Shown: positions 15,627-24,100, numbered from the stretch's first letter. The stretch is 64,000 bases of DNA from Chthoniobacteraceae bacterium (GCA_037189865.1 JBBCIW010000002.1:226759-290758); one strand, 5' to 3'. Notes: generated by a model from the letters alone, not told the origin. Made by a program: numbers and translations.

Positions 15627-17279
15627 ATGCGCCTGCCCCGTCCGCTGCCTGATAACCCTCTGAAATGGAACGGCTGGAAGAACTTCAACTCCAGCAATCC
15701 GTACGAACGGCTCTGCCTTGAATTTGAGTCGAACCCGACGCAGGAGCAGATCGACGAACATTGGCGACTGCTGCTGGTCTGGTGGCAAAAGAAACTCCCG
15801 CTCAAAAACCAGCCAAGCAACCCGATGGCGCAGGTCTTGCGGATCGGGCTCGATGAAGCGGCAGGGAAACTGACCGAAGCCCGCTCGATCTTGAGCGACC
15901 CCGCGCAACGGGCGCAGGTCGACGCGCAAGTCCTCGGAGCCGCGCGGGAAGCGGCGCTGGGGGAATTTCGCAAATTCCTCACCTTCGCCCTGACGACTGG
16001 CAAGCTGCATGAGGATGAGGAGGAGAGCCTCTACCTGACCGGGGCGCAACTCGGCCTCCCGCGCGAGGAGATGGAGACGATCATCGCCGCCACTCTTGAA
16101 GAGAAAGGGGCGCACCGCGTCCGGCGCATCGATACCACCGAGGCTCCCACCGCCGCTGCGCCTCCCCCTTCTCCCGCGGCGGCTCCTACTGCCGCCCCAC
16201 CGACCTCTCCAGCAGAGGAATTCCTGCGGATGCTCCGCCTCTCCGGGATCGACGAGATGACCGACGACCAGCGCGACGCCTTCTGCAACATGGGCGAAGC
16301 GCTCGGGCTGACCGGTGGCGAGGCCGAGGATGTCATCGACGACTACCTCGATGAACAGATGACCGGCACCCCGACCAGCTTCAAACCGGCCGTCCGCACG
16401 CCAGTTCCCAAAAAACCGCTCCCAGCGACCCCTAAAACCGCTGCACCGGCCCCCTCCCCCCTCCCCGCCGCTGCGCGTCCACAGCCGAAGGCAGTCTTTG
16501 TCGATTCACCGCTCCATCGCGCGGAAGAAAAGCAACGGTTTCCCCCGTTTCGTAACGGGTGCGGGATGGAGATGCGGCTCATCAACAGCGGCTCCTTTTT
16601 AATGGGGAGCAACCTCCCGGATGCCGCCGCCAACGAGCAACCGGTGACGCCGACCAAGATCTCCGCCTTCTACATGGCGCGAACCCCGGTCACCAACGCA
16701 CAGTACGAGGCGTTTGCCCCCGAGCATCGCGCCAAACGGACCCCTTGGGCCGATGATCACCACCCGGTTGTCTACGTCTCCGCAAAGGAAGCCGAGGCGT
16801 TCTGCCAATGGCTAAGCCAACGCGAAGGGAAGCGCTACCGCCTGCCGACCGAGGCGGAATGGGAATACGCCGCACGCGGCCCCGCCAACCTGACTTACCC
16901 TTGGGGCGACGCACCCCCCACCGGGCGGGAGGCCAACTTTGCCGACGCCAGCACCAGCTTCCCCTGGGCAGACAGGACCGTCACCGACGGCTATGCGCAG
17001 AGTTCCCCCGTCGGCGCCTTCCCCAAAGGGGCCAGCCCGTTTGGGCTTGATGACATGGCCGGCAACGTCTGGGAATGGTGTCTGGATGGTTTAAGCGCCT
17101 ACACCGGGCGGGAGAGGATCAACCCACGCGGCCCACAGGAAAGCCCGAGACGCATCTGCCGCGGCGGAAGCTGGAAAGCCCGCCTCAACAGCCTGCGTGC
17201 TTCTGCCCGAGCCTTCAACGCCCCGCAACTTTCCGCCCACGACATCGGCTTCCGCGTCGTGTGTGAGATTGCGGGGTGA
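15627..17279 (+). CDS. Multidomain protein: HPD-less J-like domain, two helical LGL-x-x-E modules, Pro/Ala linkers, and a C-terminal FGE/SUMF1-like domain lacking the catalytic Cys pair
   Basis: 550 aa, starting 6 nt after the Hsp70 stop. Residues 24-100 (NPYERLCLEFESNPTQEQIDEHWRLLLVWWQKKLPLKNQ...ILSDPAQRAQVD) fit the J-domain helix pattern but have LPL where HPD should be. Residues about 305-548 carry FGE-sulfatase hallmarks (RLPTEAEWEYAARG, DMAGNVWEWCLD, RGGSW, GFRVV). Confidence 0.75.
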   Translation: MRLPRPLPDNPLKWNGWKNFNSSNPYERLCLEFESNPTQEQIDEHWRLLLVWWQKKLPLKNQPSNPMAQVLRIGLDEAAGKLTEARSILSDPAQRAQVDAQVLGAAREAALGEFRKFLTFALTTGKLHEDEEESLYLTGAQLGLPREEMETIIAATLEEKGAHRVRRIDTTEAPTAAAPPPSPAAAPTAAPPTSPAEEFLRMLRLSGIDEMTDDQRDAFCNMGEALGLTGGEAEDVIDDYLDEQMTGTPTSFKPAVRTPVPKKPLPATPKTAAPAPSPLPAAARPQPKAVFVDSPLHRAEEKQRFPPFRNGCGMEMRLINSGSFLMGSNLPDAAANEQPVTPTKISAFYMARTPVTNAQYEAFAPEHRAKRTPWADDHHPVVYVSAKEAEAFCQWLSQREGKRYRLPTEAEWEYAARGPANLTYPWGDAPPTGREANFADASTSFPWADRTVTDGYAQSSPVGAFPKGASPFGLDDMAGNVWEWCLDGLSAYTGRERINPRGPQESPRRICRGGSWKARLNSLRASARAFNAPQLSAHDIGFRVVCEIAG

Positions 17280-17365
17280 ACGCCCCCGCCAATTCCCGGC
17301 ACGGCCACAACAGAGCCAGAAACCCCTTGTCATCAAGGAAGGGAGGATAGCAAAATGGGGAAGTG

Positions 17366-18187
17366 ATGATAGCAAACCGCTCCCCCTTCGTCCCTTTCCT
17401 GCTTTTCGCCGCCGCTTTAGTAAGTCTTCGCCACAGCGCCGCGGCAGATGTTTCCCCGACAGAAGCCGGTCCCTATATCGGTATTTTCGGGGGAATCGGT
17501 TCGTCCTCCGTGACGAGCCTCCAACAGACAGGTGCCGTCTACCTCAATCCTCCCCACAGTTATCCCAAGCTTCCCGTCAACGCCAAAGGTCCGACGGATA
17601 CCAACAACGACATCTTTGTCGCAGGCATCCAGATCGGTTACGAATGGGATCGACCCACCTTCACATCGGGATGGGGTATCCTGCCTGCCGTCGAATTTGA
17701 AGGACTCTACATCGGGGAGCATTCCCCGATCGGGGAGATGCCGGTTCGCCCCCGGTTTTTGGGGACACAGTACGTTGAAATTCCGCTCACAACGGGCGTC
17801 GCCTTGGCCAACGCCGTTTTGACACTCAAGACACCTTATTCTGACAGAATTTTTCCCTACCTTGGCCTTGGCGTTGGGGCGGCCTTCACTTTCATCAATG
17901 GATCAGATTCCTCCAATCCGTCCGAACCCGGCATCAACCATTTCAACTCCGACCCGGACGCGTCTGACATCGCCTTCGCCTTACAGGCAAAAGCGGGGAT
18001 CAAGGCCAAAATACACAAAAACGTCTTCCTCTTTCTCGAATACCGATACCTTTTTATTGATTCAACTAGCTACACTTTCGGTTCGACAGATTATCCCGGC
18101 GCTCACCTCCCGACAACCAGTTGGCGTGTCGACCTTGGTCGTCAGGAATACAATTTGTTCACTGCTGGCCTGCAATATAAATTCTGA
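17366..18187 (+). CDS. Outer-membrane beta-barrel protein (OmpA-like/porin-family 8-10 strand barrel)
   Basis: The track ORF starts at GTG 17363, and an ATG follows at 17366. The signal peptide is MIANRSPFVPFLLFAAALVSLRHSAAA. It shows alternating amphipathic strands, Gly/aromatic girdle residues and a C-terminal ...GLQYKF with terminal Phe, typical of BAM substrates. Confidence 0.6.
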   Translation: MIANRSPFVPFLLFAAALVSLRHSAAADVSPTEAGPYIGIFGGIGSSSVTSLQQTGAVYLNPPHSYPKLPVNAKGPTDTNNDIFVAGIQIGYEWDRPTFTSGWGILPAVEFEGLYIGEHSPIGEMPVRPRFLGTQYVEIPLTTGVALANAVLTLKTPYSDRIFPYLGLGVGAAFTFINGSDSSNPSEPGINHFNSDPDASDIAFALQAKAGIKAKIHKNVFLFLEYRYLFIDSTSYTFGSTDYPGAHLPTTSWRVDLGRQEYNLFTAGLQYKF

Positions 18188-18240
18188 CATTCACACCATT
18201 CCCAATGCAGATCGCCGGGGAAATAGAGCACGCAATAAGC

Positions 18241-18266
18241 GTCAACGCCACAGGGTCAACGCCACA
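18241..18266 (+). repeat. Tandem 12-bp direct repeat GTCAACGCCACA x2 (14-bp period) just upstream of ATG 18278
   Basis: GTCAACGCCACA occurs at 18241-18252 and again at 18255-18266, separated by GG. The second copy ends 11 nt before the start codon. Confidence 0.5.
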
Positions 18267-18277
18267 TCCAACTTAAA

Positions 18278-19195
18278 ATGACGCACCCTGTTATCGCAAC
18301 CATAGCTAGTCTTGCGATTTTAACGGCTTCATGCCAAGCGCAAGAACAATCACCGGGATCGTGGGCCTCCCTGATCAAAGCGAAAGCACTGACCGAAACT
18401 GCCTTACAGCTAAAAGAAACCGATCAATGGCCAATGATCCTTCCACCAACCGGGATCAATCGCCTCGCTAAAGAGGAGCAAGCGGAAATGCTCCAACGTA
18501 TCGACGCCGTTAAGGAGTTTCTGGAAAAGATTGAAGCAGAGATCGAGGCGCTATCGACTCTGAGTGAAAAGGCTCTGGCAACTGGTGGATATGTCAATGT
18601 TCTACTGGCAGATAGCTTTCATCGGGTGATCCTCTACCGTTTGTCCAACTGGCTGATCTCCCATCCTGATGATGCCGCTTTTTGTGAAAGGCTGCTGACT
18701 TCAGTCGGTCCAAAAATGAGCCAAAATGATGTCGATGTGCTCCAGATCGCCGCCGATGACGATCCGAGGTTCATTGAGGAAAAACCGGACTTTGCTCAGA
18801 TCGATCCGACCAAAAGCATCTATCAATCACTCAGGACCCTTGGGATACCGGAACGTGATGTATTAGAGGCAGCCATGGTGCCGTGGCCACAAACCAGTCA
18901 GCTTTTGGAAACACCCTCCGCCATTTCATTGGCAATCCGTACCACCGATACCGCTGCGATCAGAGAGGTTCACCTCGCCGGACTCATCGAGTTTTTCAAA
19001 AAAGGAGGCGTGGTCTCTGAACTAAACGCTGCTGACGTCAGAGCTTTTGAAAAACGGATGGGAAAGTCTTTGAGAACTTTCAAATCCCTTCAATTCGGCA
19101 TTCGCCGTCTTAGTGTCATGCATCTACTGGCTCTGTTTGACATTCATAAGGATCCATCAATAGGTGCATTTTTCTTAAAAACAGCACTCCAATAG
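18278..19195 (+). CDS. Hypothetical secreted/lipoprotein-like helical protein (no family recognised)
   Basis: 305 aa. The N-terminus MTHPVIATIASLAILTASCQAQ is signal-like with a possible lipobox Cys. GC is clearly lower than in flanking genes. I recognise no motifs. Confidence 0.5.
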   Translation: MTHPVIATIASLAILTASCQAQEQSPGSWASLIKAKALTETALQLKETDQWPMILPPTGINRLAKEEQAEMLQRIDAVKEFLEKIEAEIEALSTLSEKALATGGYVNVLLADSFHRVILYRLSNWLISHPDDAAFCERLLTSVGPKMSQNDVDVLQIAADDDPRFIEEKPDFAQIDPTKSIYQSLRTLGIPERDVLEAAMVPWPQTSQLLETPSAISLAIRTTDTAAIREVHLAGLIEFFKKGGVVSELNAADVRAFEKRMGKSLRTFKSLQFGIRRLSVMHLLALFDIHKDPSIGAFFLKTALQ

Positions 19196-19297
19196 AACCC
19201 CAAAGCGTTAACTTTCCTGTAAATCCCCTTTTACGCCTTCGCAAAAGCGACTGCATCCGCGAGATCAAGCTGCATCTATGGATCGCAGAAACCATCA

Positions 19298-19987
19298 CTA
19301 TTCTCCCCGAACCCGGGTGATAGAGACCCACTGGTGGAGGCGATGTGCCAGTAACCCGGCGGCCTCCAGTTGTGGATCGTGCCCGGTTGTAAGCTCCGTG
19401 ACCTCACACCCCGGGAGGCGTCCGGCGGCCTCACTTTGCCATTCCGGGCAGATGCACTCGTCCTTCTGGCAAACGAAATAGGCTTTGGGTCGCTCGGGTG
19501 AAAAAGGAAGGTCCATTTTCTCTTCGTAGAGCACGGGGAGGAACCGAGCGGAGGTGCGAGGTTGGCTGGCGATCTCCTCCAGCCATTGAGAGGTGAAAAT
19601 CGATCGTTGGCCTTCAAACATCTGTTCCAAAAGGGAGAACCCCGGTTCAGGCACTAGTGCGGCGATGTAGACCTCCCCCATCACCCTGCCCGGTGTCACG
19701 CGCTGTGCCAGCCGCTCCAAAAGCAATCCCCCTGCGGAATGCCCTACGAGAACGACCTCTGTTGAGGTCTCCGCCTCCTCCAGCGCTAGGGCGAGCCGAT
19801 CGACCACCCTGCGCACTCCTTCTTTCCAAGGCAACCCATGGAGATCGATGCCTCGCCAGCGATGCCCCAAGCCTTCGAGCCACTCTCCGCAGCACGCCCA
19901 GCTTCGTGCATCCTCCTCCGAACCGCTGATGAAGAAAAAGCTTACCCCACCTTGATTAAAAGGTCGCACGAGGCTCCACATGCCCAT
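19298..19987 (-). CDS. Alpha/beta-fold hydrolase (esterase-like)
   Basis: The track ORF 19298..20083 is trimmed to an internal ATG (19987 or 19981) to limit overlap with the upstream gene's 3' end. The nucleophile elbow is VLVGHSAGG, and a C-terminal TTGHDP supplies a His. Size is typical of small carboxylesterases. Confidence 0.6.
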   Translation of the reverse strand: MGMWSLVRPFNQGGVSFFFISGSEEDARSWACCGEWLEGLGHRWRGIDLHGLPWKEGVRRVVDRLALALEEAETSTEVVLVGHSAGGLLLERLAQRVTPGRVMGEVYIAALVPEPGFSLLEQMFEGQRSIFTSQWLEEIASQPRTSARFLPVLYEEKMDLPFSPERPKAYFVCQKDECICPEWQSEAAGRLPGCEVTELTTGHDPQLEAAGLLAHRLHQWVSITRVRGE

Positions 19988-20657
19988 CGAAGAAGAGGAC
20001 ATTGCGAACCTTGCGGTGCACGGGGTCATTCGGTACACGCGGGTCGGTCTGATAGTGGCCCTCCATGGCAATACGGCGATCAAACTCCCAGAACGCGGGC
20101 GTCGTGGCGGGATTAGCCAGTGCCGTGACCATCATCGGCGCGAGAGGCTCGCCCCCCGCTCGACCAAAAGGGAAAATCGAAGTCTGTTCATCCTCGTTCC
20201 CAACGAGGATCTCCCCTGCTGAATAATAGCAGATCGGATGATCGGCAGCCGCGCCATGGGCCTCCCATGCCGGGCAGGTGAGGATCTTTGCCAAGGCACT
20301 CTGGCCGGGGTTCACCCTCGGCAGATCGAGATATGGCCCCAGCAAGGTCACCAGATTGCCGCTCTCCACGTCAAACTCCCCCGTCGCATCACTCTGGTAG
20401 AGAGGACTTTGACCACGCCACAACGGCCCCGGTAACCGAAAATGATGCTCGGCACTATATAGATTAAGGGCGAGACCGATCTGGCGTAAGTTCGTGAGGC
20501 AACTAGTCTCCTGCTGACTGGCACGCCAACGCCCCACGCCACCCACCAATGCCACGCTCACCAAAGCAACGATCGTTAAAGCAAGCGTCAGTTCCAGCAA
20601 GGTCATTGCTTTACGCTTCGCATAGGGGGAAATGCTTACGGAAATTCGAGCCTTCAT
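19956..20657 (-). CDS. Prepilin-type N-terminal methylation-domain protein of the DUF1559 / H-X9-DG family
   Basis: The start is set at MKARISV... (20657). The class-III signal is KRKA|MTLLELTLALTIVAL (Glu at +5). The DUF1559 motif is SCLTNLRQIGLALNLY. The C-terminal motif HRKVRNVLFFDGH is H-X9-DG. Confidence 0.75.
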   Translation of the reverse strand: MKARISVSISPYAKRKAMTLLELTLALTIVALVSVALVGGVGRWRASQQETSCLTNLRQIGLALNLYSAEHHFRLPGPLWRGQSPLYQSDATGEFDVESGNLVTLLGPYLDLPRVNPGQSALAKILTCPAWEAHGAAADHPICYYSAGEILVGNEDEQTSIFPFGRAGGEPLAPMMVTALANPATTPAFWEFDRRIAMEGHYQTDPRVPNDPVHRKVRNVLFFDGHVEPRATF

Positions 20658-20859
20658 CGTAAAAAAAGATCCATAGCCTCCAAGTTGAGCCAAGTCAACT
20701 TCCTTCTAGGAACAACACCCTAGGGGAAAACCTGCTCCGCTATCATAGCAATGAGTAAGGAGATACAAATATCATCGACGATTCATCTCTTAATAAGATC
20801 GATGATCCATCGTCAGAAGATGCAAAGATCCTCCCTCGCCCCACTCCCTTACACTTTAC

Positions 20860-20904
20860 GAAAAAACCCATCCTTATCCGATTAAAATTCGGATAAGGAT
20901 GGGT
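20860..20904 (-). terminator. Rho-independent terminator of the pseudopilin gene
   Basis: There is a perfect 16-bp inverted repeat ACCCATCCTTATCCGA (20866-20881) / TCGGATAAGGATGGGT (20889-20904) with a 7-nt loop. On the minus strand the stem is followed by TTTTTT (A-run 20861-20866). It lies 59 nt downstream of the stop at 20963. Confidence 0.75.
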
Positions 20905-20962
20905 TGAATCTCCTAATGGGAAAGGACGAAAATTCCTTCCGAAGAAATTTGATGAATTATTA

Positions 20963-21667
20963 TTACAGCGGGTTCAGCACGGACTGGGCACCTACCCCAC
21001 CAGTTCCACCTGCCGACAGCCAGTTATCATGGCTCAAAAAGATATTATCTATCTCAGATCCGCCAACGGGCCCTTTGACAGCGAGATTATCGGTGGTTTT
21101 GATACGTTCAACACGTCCGCTGCCATCCACACGAATCACAATGGCGGCTTCGCCCTTCCAAAGCCCCCCTTTCTGCGTTTCATCTGCAGAGTAGAGAGCC
21201 GTCGTTGCATCAGCAAAACCATCCGCAATGATCGGGAAGTTCGGATTGGAGGTATCCGAGAGATTCTTGACGTAAGCCCAGTGATTGTTGCCCGTGATCA
21301 GAACCTTCTCCGCAGTGGTGGTATCTTCATCAGGTTGCTCTGTGCTCCACTTGGACTTAGCAACGTAGAAAATCTTCTCACTTTTGATGTAATCAGGAAC
21401 GATGTGCTTAAATGCCTCATTGGAGTTCCCGGCATCTGCAGCACTTCCAAAGGCCTTCGACGGGAAGGCACCATCATTGTCGCCAGCGTACATCTTCAGA
21501 CCGAGATAGATCTGCTTGGCATCACTGAGCGCCTTGGTCTGCTGACCACGCGTGATCACCCCGGTGAAGGCAGGAACCGCGATACCGGCCAGAATGGCGA
21601 TAATCGAGATAACGACCAGAAGTTCGATCAGCGTGAAGCCCTCTTTCGGGGTGTGGCGTATTTTCAT
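20963..21667 (-). CDS. Type II secretion/type IV pilin-like pseudopilin (prepilin N-terminal cleavage/methylation domain)
   Basis: MKIRHTPKEG|FTLIELLVVISIIAILAGIAVPAF is a canonical GFTLIE prepilin signal. It has no H-X9-DG motif and appears monocistronic, with its own terminator. Confidence 0.8.
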   Translation of the reverse strand: MKIRHTPKEGFTLIELLVVISIIAILAGIAVPAFTGVITRGQQTKALSDAKQIYLGLKMYAGDNDGAFPSKAFGSAADAGNSNEAFKHIVPDYIKSEKIFYVAKSKWSTEQPDEDTTTAEKVLITGNNHWAYVKNLSDTSNPNFPIIADGFADATTALYSADETQKGGLWKGEAAIVIRVDGSGRVERIKTTDNLAVKGPVGGSEIDNIFLSHDNWLSAGGTGGVGAQSVLNPL

Positions 21668-21837
21668 ATTTGGGGGTCTACTTTGAATTTTCTTGAACTG
21701 GAATATTTCAGGATTCGGGGGTTCGTACCTCTAGGTATAGAAGCTATGACAGAGTCAGCGTACCGGAGAAAACCGGGAGTGCAACTCCTTTTTTTCCTGT
21801 TTTCCATGCAAAAAGCTCTTTTTCCCTTGTCGGGATA

Positions 21838-24087
21838 TTAGCTTTCGTTATGATCGCCCGGTTTTTCTTTTTCCCACCGGAATCCGACCACGGAAAGTGG
21901 CGGTAAAACGAGACTCAAGGCATGGGACCGCCCCTGCCACGGGAGTTCCAGCGCGGTCACTCCCCCGAAATTCCCCAGCCCGCTCCCTCCGTAGGCATCC
22001 GCATCGGTGTTGAGCACCTCCTCGTACCACCCCCGGTGCGGGACGCCGATCCGGTAATTCTCCCTCACGACCGGGGTGGCGTTGATCACAAAAACCAGCA
22101 GCGAGCCATCGGCCCCCTTGCGCAGGAAGGCGACGACGGAGTGGTCCGCGTCATGAAAGTCGATCCACTCGAACCCTTCGAAGGTATCATCAAGACTCCA
22201 GAGCGCCTCTTCCCCCCGGTAAAGCTCGTTCAAATCGCGCACGAGACGGCGCACGCCATTGTGAAAATGGGAATCAAGCAGATGCCAGTCGAGGCTCTTG
22301 GCGTGATTCCATTCCGCCCATTGCCCGAACTCCCCACCTTGAAAGAGCAGCTTCTTGCCGGGGTGCGCGTACATCCACGCGTAAAAGAGGCGCAGGTTGG
22401 CGAACTTCTGCCAGAGGTCACCCGGCATTTTCCCAAGCAGTGACCCCTTGCCGTGGACGACTTCGTCGTGACTGAGCACCAGCACGAAATGCTCATGAAA
22501 CGCGTAGAGGAGCGAAAAGGTGATCTCCCCCTGATGATAACGACGAAAGACCGGTTCGCGCGCCATGTACTCCAGAAAGTCGTGCATCCACCCCATGTTC
22601 CACTTCAACCCGAAGCCGAGGCCACCCAAATAGGTAGGCCGTGTGACCCCGGGCCATGCGGTCGACTCTTCGGCGATCGTCATGATGCCGGGATGGCGTG
22701 CGTAGCAGACCTCGTTGAACTCCTTGAGGAACGCAATCGCCTCAAGGTTCTCCCGCCCGCCGTGGTGGTTGGGAATCCACTCGCCCGCCTGCCGGGAGTA
22801 GTCGAGATAGAGCATCGAGGCGACGGCATCAACCCGCAACCCGTCGATGTGGTATTTCTCCAGCCAGAAGAGGGCGTTGTTGATCAGGAAGTTGCGTACT
22901 TCATTGCGCCCGTAGTTGAAGATGAGCGTCCCCCAATCGGCATGTTCGCCCTGTCGCGGGTCGGCGTGCTCGTAGAGTGCGGTGCCGTCGAACCGGGCCA
23001 GCCCGTGGGCGTCCTTGGGGAAGTGACCGGGAACCCAGTCGAGAATAACGCCGATACCGCGCTGGTGGCAGCGGTCGACAAAACGGCGAAACTCATCGGG
23101 ATGCCCGAAACGGCTCGTCGGGGCGAAATAGCCGGTGACCTGATACCCCCAGGAGCCATCGAAAGGATGCTCGGCAACCGGCATCAACTCCAAGTGGGTG
23201 TACCCCATGTCGCAGACGTAATCGAGGAGGCGATCAGCCAGTTCCAGATACGAAAGAGGGCGATCCCCCTCTTCGGGAATCCGCGCCCATGAGCCGAGGT
23301 GAACCTCGTAAATGGAGACCGGGCGGCGGTGCCACTCCTGCTCGCGCCGTGCGGCCATCCACTCGGCGTCGCCCCACTCGTAGCGCCCGAGATCGTAAAC
23401 AATGGAGGCGGTCTGCTGGCTGTGCTGACCGTAGAAGGCGTACGGGTCGCTTTTGAGCGTGAGATGCCCGGCCTGATCGCGGACTTCAAATTTATAATGC
23501 GCCCCCGGCTGCACCCCGGGCAGGAAGATCTCCCAGACGCCGCTCTCGAAATGCTTGCGCATTGGGTAAATCCGCCCGTCCCAGCCGTTAAAATCGCCCA
23601 CGACGCTCACCCGCTCCGCATTCGGCGCCCAGACGGCGAAGTGGCACCCGTCAACCCCCTCAAACTTCGCGGCATGCGCCCCGAGCTTTTCGTCAATCTG
23701 CCAATGCTTGCCTTGAAGGAAGAGGTGCGTATCGAGTTCCCCAAAGCGCGAACCAAAGGCATACGGATCGTGCGTGGTCCACTCCGTACCATCATGCCCG
23801 GTCAGGCGCAGACGGTACGGGAAGCGGGTGATCGCGAAGCTCGCCGGGATGAGCGCTTCAAAAAAACCGGCGGGATCGAAACGCCGCGCCGGGAAGCGGT
23901 GCACTTCGCCCTCGCCGGAAAGCGGAGCGACCTCGACCTCCACCGCTCGAACATCGGGCCGGAGCACACGGACCACAAACGTCCCCCCCGCTTCGTGCAG
24001 ACCGAGGTGAGCAAAAGGATCGCCATGCCGGGCGGCGAGCAGGCTCTCAAGGTGGCGCGGGTCGAGCGTCGGGGAAAGGTGGTTCAT
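21838..24087 (-). CDS. glgB: 1,4-alpha-glucan branching enzyme (GH13)
   Basis: The track ORF 21838..24303 is trimmed to ATG 24087 ([29 protein letters not shown]). It has the GH13 conserved regions: [34 protein letters not shown] and [14 protein letters not shown]. Confidence 0.92.
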   Translation of the reverse strand: MNHLSPTLDPRHLESLLAARHGDPFAHLGLHEAGGTFVVRVLRPDVRAVEVEVAPLSGEGEVHRFPARRFDPAGFFEALIPASFAITRFPYRLRLTGHDGTEWTTHDPYAFGSRFGELDTHLFLQGKHWQIDEKLGAHAAKFEGVDGCHFAVWAPNAERVSVVGDFNGWDGRIYPMRKHFESGVWEIFLPGVQPGAHYKFEVRDQAGHLTLKSDPYAFYGQHSQQTASIVYDLGRYEWGDAEWMAARREQEWHRRPVSIYEVHLGSWARIPEEGDRPLSYLELADRLLDYVCDMGYTHLELMPVAEHPFDGSWGYQVTGYFAPTSRFGHPDEFRRFVDRCHQRGIGVILDWVPGHFPKDAHGLARFDGTALYEHADPRQGEHADWGTLIFNYGRNEVRNFLINNALFWLEKYHIDGLRVDAVASMLYLDYSRQAGEWIPNHHGGRENLEAIAFLKEFNEVCYARHPGIMTIAEESTAWPGVTRPTYLGGLGFGLKWNMGWMHDFLEYMAREPVFRRYHQGEITFSLLYAFHEHFVLVLSHDEVVHGKGSLLGKMPGDLWQKFANLRLFYAWMYAHPGKKLLFQGGEFGQWAEWNHAKSLDWHLLDSHFHNGVRRLVRDLNELYRGEEALWSLDDTFEGFEWIDFHDADHSVVAFLRKGADGSLLVFVINATPVVRENYRIGVPHRGWYEEVLNTDADAYGGSGLGNFGGVTALELPWQGRSHALSLVLPPLSVVGFRWEKEKPGDHNES

Positions 24088-24100
24088 GGGCAAGCAGGGA

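Noticed and set aside
16140-16490. Apparent repetitive DNA (GCC/CCG/CCC-rich) that might be a tandem repeat or array.
   Set aside because: It is in frame within the 15627-17279 CDS and encodes Pro/Ala/Thr-rich linkers. It has no regular period and no repeat-spacer structure, so it is not a CRISPR array or VNTR.
16539-17279. Annotating the FGE-like domain as a sulfatase-maturating (formylglycine-generating) enzyme.
   Set aside because: Both catalytic cysteines after the RGGS motif are missing, and no sulfatase gene is nearby. It is treated as a non-catalytic FGE-fold module.
19956-21667. Interpreting the two adjacent pilin-like genes as a type II secretion or type IV pilus locus.
   Set aside because: The window contains no secretin, assembly ATPase, platform protein or prepilin peptidase. 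The two genes are separated by a strong terminator and a 300-bp spacer.
21761-21795. Hairpin GGAGT-GCA-ACTCC followed by T7 (plus strand) downstream of the glgB stop.
   Set aside because: The stem is only 5 bp. The T-run is on the plus strand, where no gene ends, and on the minus strand only TTTT follows after a 3-nt gap. It is too weak to call a terminator.
17280-21837. Calling the lower-GC segment a genomic island or mobile element.
   Set aside because: I could find no integrase, transposase, tRNA target, flanking direct repeats or phage genes. Composition alone, judged by eye, is not enough.
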